From contig NW_024704742.1 of NCBI RefSeq assembly GCF_018977255.1, positions 89,344,001 to 89,408,000 of the forward strand: a stretch of 64,000 nucleotides of DNA. The letters run 5' to 3'. Below, piece by piece: positions 62,701 through 64,000 of this stretch. A model generated the notes under the pieces. It made no database searches. It saw nothing but the letters and a program-made list of their open reading frames with translations, and was not told the origin of the DNA. The translations under genes and the position numbers were made by a program. Source of the DNA: Callorhinchus milii. Lineage: Eukaryota. Every line of letters begins with the position of its first letter. Position 1 is the first letter of the stretch.

Positions 62701-64000
62701 TCGATTTAATGCTGATTCCTTGTTTTGCAGCACTCTGGACAGATCGAACCAGCAGAAACAACAGGACGGCGCAGCTCGGGAAACAACGCTGGGAATCACT
62801 CCCTCAAATCGGAAAATAATCTATTTCTATTAATATTTCACAATAAAAATAAGGCATTTAATCTCCGGGAATCATGTTAGGACCCTGCCTCTAAAGCTGT
62901 TCCCTGAAGTTCTCCTGCTGTGTAATATATTCACTCTTGTATCAATCATCCTTAACTGCAGCTGGTGTTCTCTTCCTGCCATCATCTGGATTTCTCCTGC
63001 TTATTAGGTGACCTGCAAGTTGACTTTCTTTGACCAAGTAAAATGGTTATAATGGTGAAGACGCCTTTTAGCCACCTGACGTTCACGAAAACACTTTGTT
63101 GTTCAACATGTGAAGCTGTGGCAGCCCGAGTAACTGAGTAGGCCGAGCACTTGGGCTGTCAAAAGAGGCATTTTGCAACAATTATCCTCATTACCTCCCA
63201 TCCGCCAGTCTTCAATCACAGTCTCTTTGGGAAATATTTCAGAATCACTCAGTGCACTGCTCGGTAACATTGCCCCAATTGCCAAGATGCAATTTAGATG
63301 CGATTGAAATGTGGAAACTTAAACAAAAATAAGAGAATGCTAATACCTGAAAACAACTACACTTGACTTATTGAACTCAATTTCTGTGACAATGTGCTTT
63401 AATGGATTTTCTCAATTGCTCCCAGACAATTTTGCACATTTTAAGCACACAGTGATATGATATTAAATTGCATGGGGGCGGGGGGTGGGTGTTTGCCTTT
63501 TCTCCTCTGCGATTCTAACACTGGCTCTGACGTACCTATTTTTCTGTCATTAAAAGTCACGCTCACAGTATAGCAACAGACACTCGACGTTTGTGCACTA
63601 ATCAACGTAGTCAACACATAAATGTAAGGGATTTGCCATTTCACTATATTTTTTTTAAGAAACCAACAGGTACTCGAGTGATTGTAATTATTGCTTCGAC
63701 TGAAGAACTAACTCGATGCTGATTGCAGCCTTGTGCAAACACCACAAAAGCACTAGTTTTGATGAAGCCATCTTATTTGATTATTCATTATCTCCGCATT
63801 CATCAGGACCAGTGTATAGTTTATGACAGGAAGCTGTTGTAGATGACAACGGGTATGTGTGTGTTTTTTGCATATATGAAAAATATTTATGCAATGGCCT
63901 TATCAGCCAAGTGAAGGGAAGGGAAGATTGAGGGTGCTTCAGATGGTACAGCAGTGTCATTCTTTGTTTCCTATTACCTCTGTGCAAACTGTGTTGCAGG
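59750..64000. promoter_or_regulatory. Transposon-free, CpG-richer unique region; possible regulatory or promoter-proximal DNA
   Basis: No SINE/LINE motif recognised over ~4 kb, against roughly one per kb elsewhere; visibly more CG dinucleotides at ~60300-62800. Confidence 0.3.

Noticed and set aside
63120..63160. Pre-miRNA-like hairpin GGCAGCCCGAGT...ACTTGGGCTGTC
   Set aside because: The stem is only ~12 bp, too short for a Drosha substrate, and no known mature miRNA sequence was recognised.
1..64000. CRISPR array or prokaryotic operon
   Set aside because: There is no regularly spaced repeat-spacer array, coding density is very low, and the repeats are dispersed retroposons.

Overview
This is eukaryotic, repeat-rich, essentially non-coding vertebrate DNA (intronic or intergenic), not prokaryotic. 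The repeat set points to a cartilaginous fish, possibly a chimaera (inference): CR1 LINEs with (ATTCTATG)n or CTTATG tails, L2 LINEs with (TTG)n tails, Deu-domain SINEs of the SacSINE1/AmnSINE type, a young tRNA-Ala-derived SINE and Penelope remnants. No intact protein-coding gene is recognisable. The meaningful ORFs in the track are decayed CR1/L2 ORF2 fragments and the rest are noise. I found no CRISPR array, rRNA or true tRNA gene, and no convincing new biological system. The most informative structures are: a modular tRNA-Ala + CORE-like + DeuSINE-tail SINE whose terminal stem-loop matches the local L2; repeated nested insertions with target-site duplications; a Penelope GIY-YIG remnant missed by the ORF track; a Tigger-like MITE interrupting a ~120-bp tandem duplication; ~200-230-bp palindromic elements; a few unassigned candidate exons; and a transposon-free, CpG-richer last ~4 kb. 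Boundaries were read by eye and are approximate (about +/-10-30 nt) unless a TSD or splice site is quoted.
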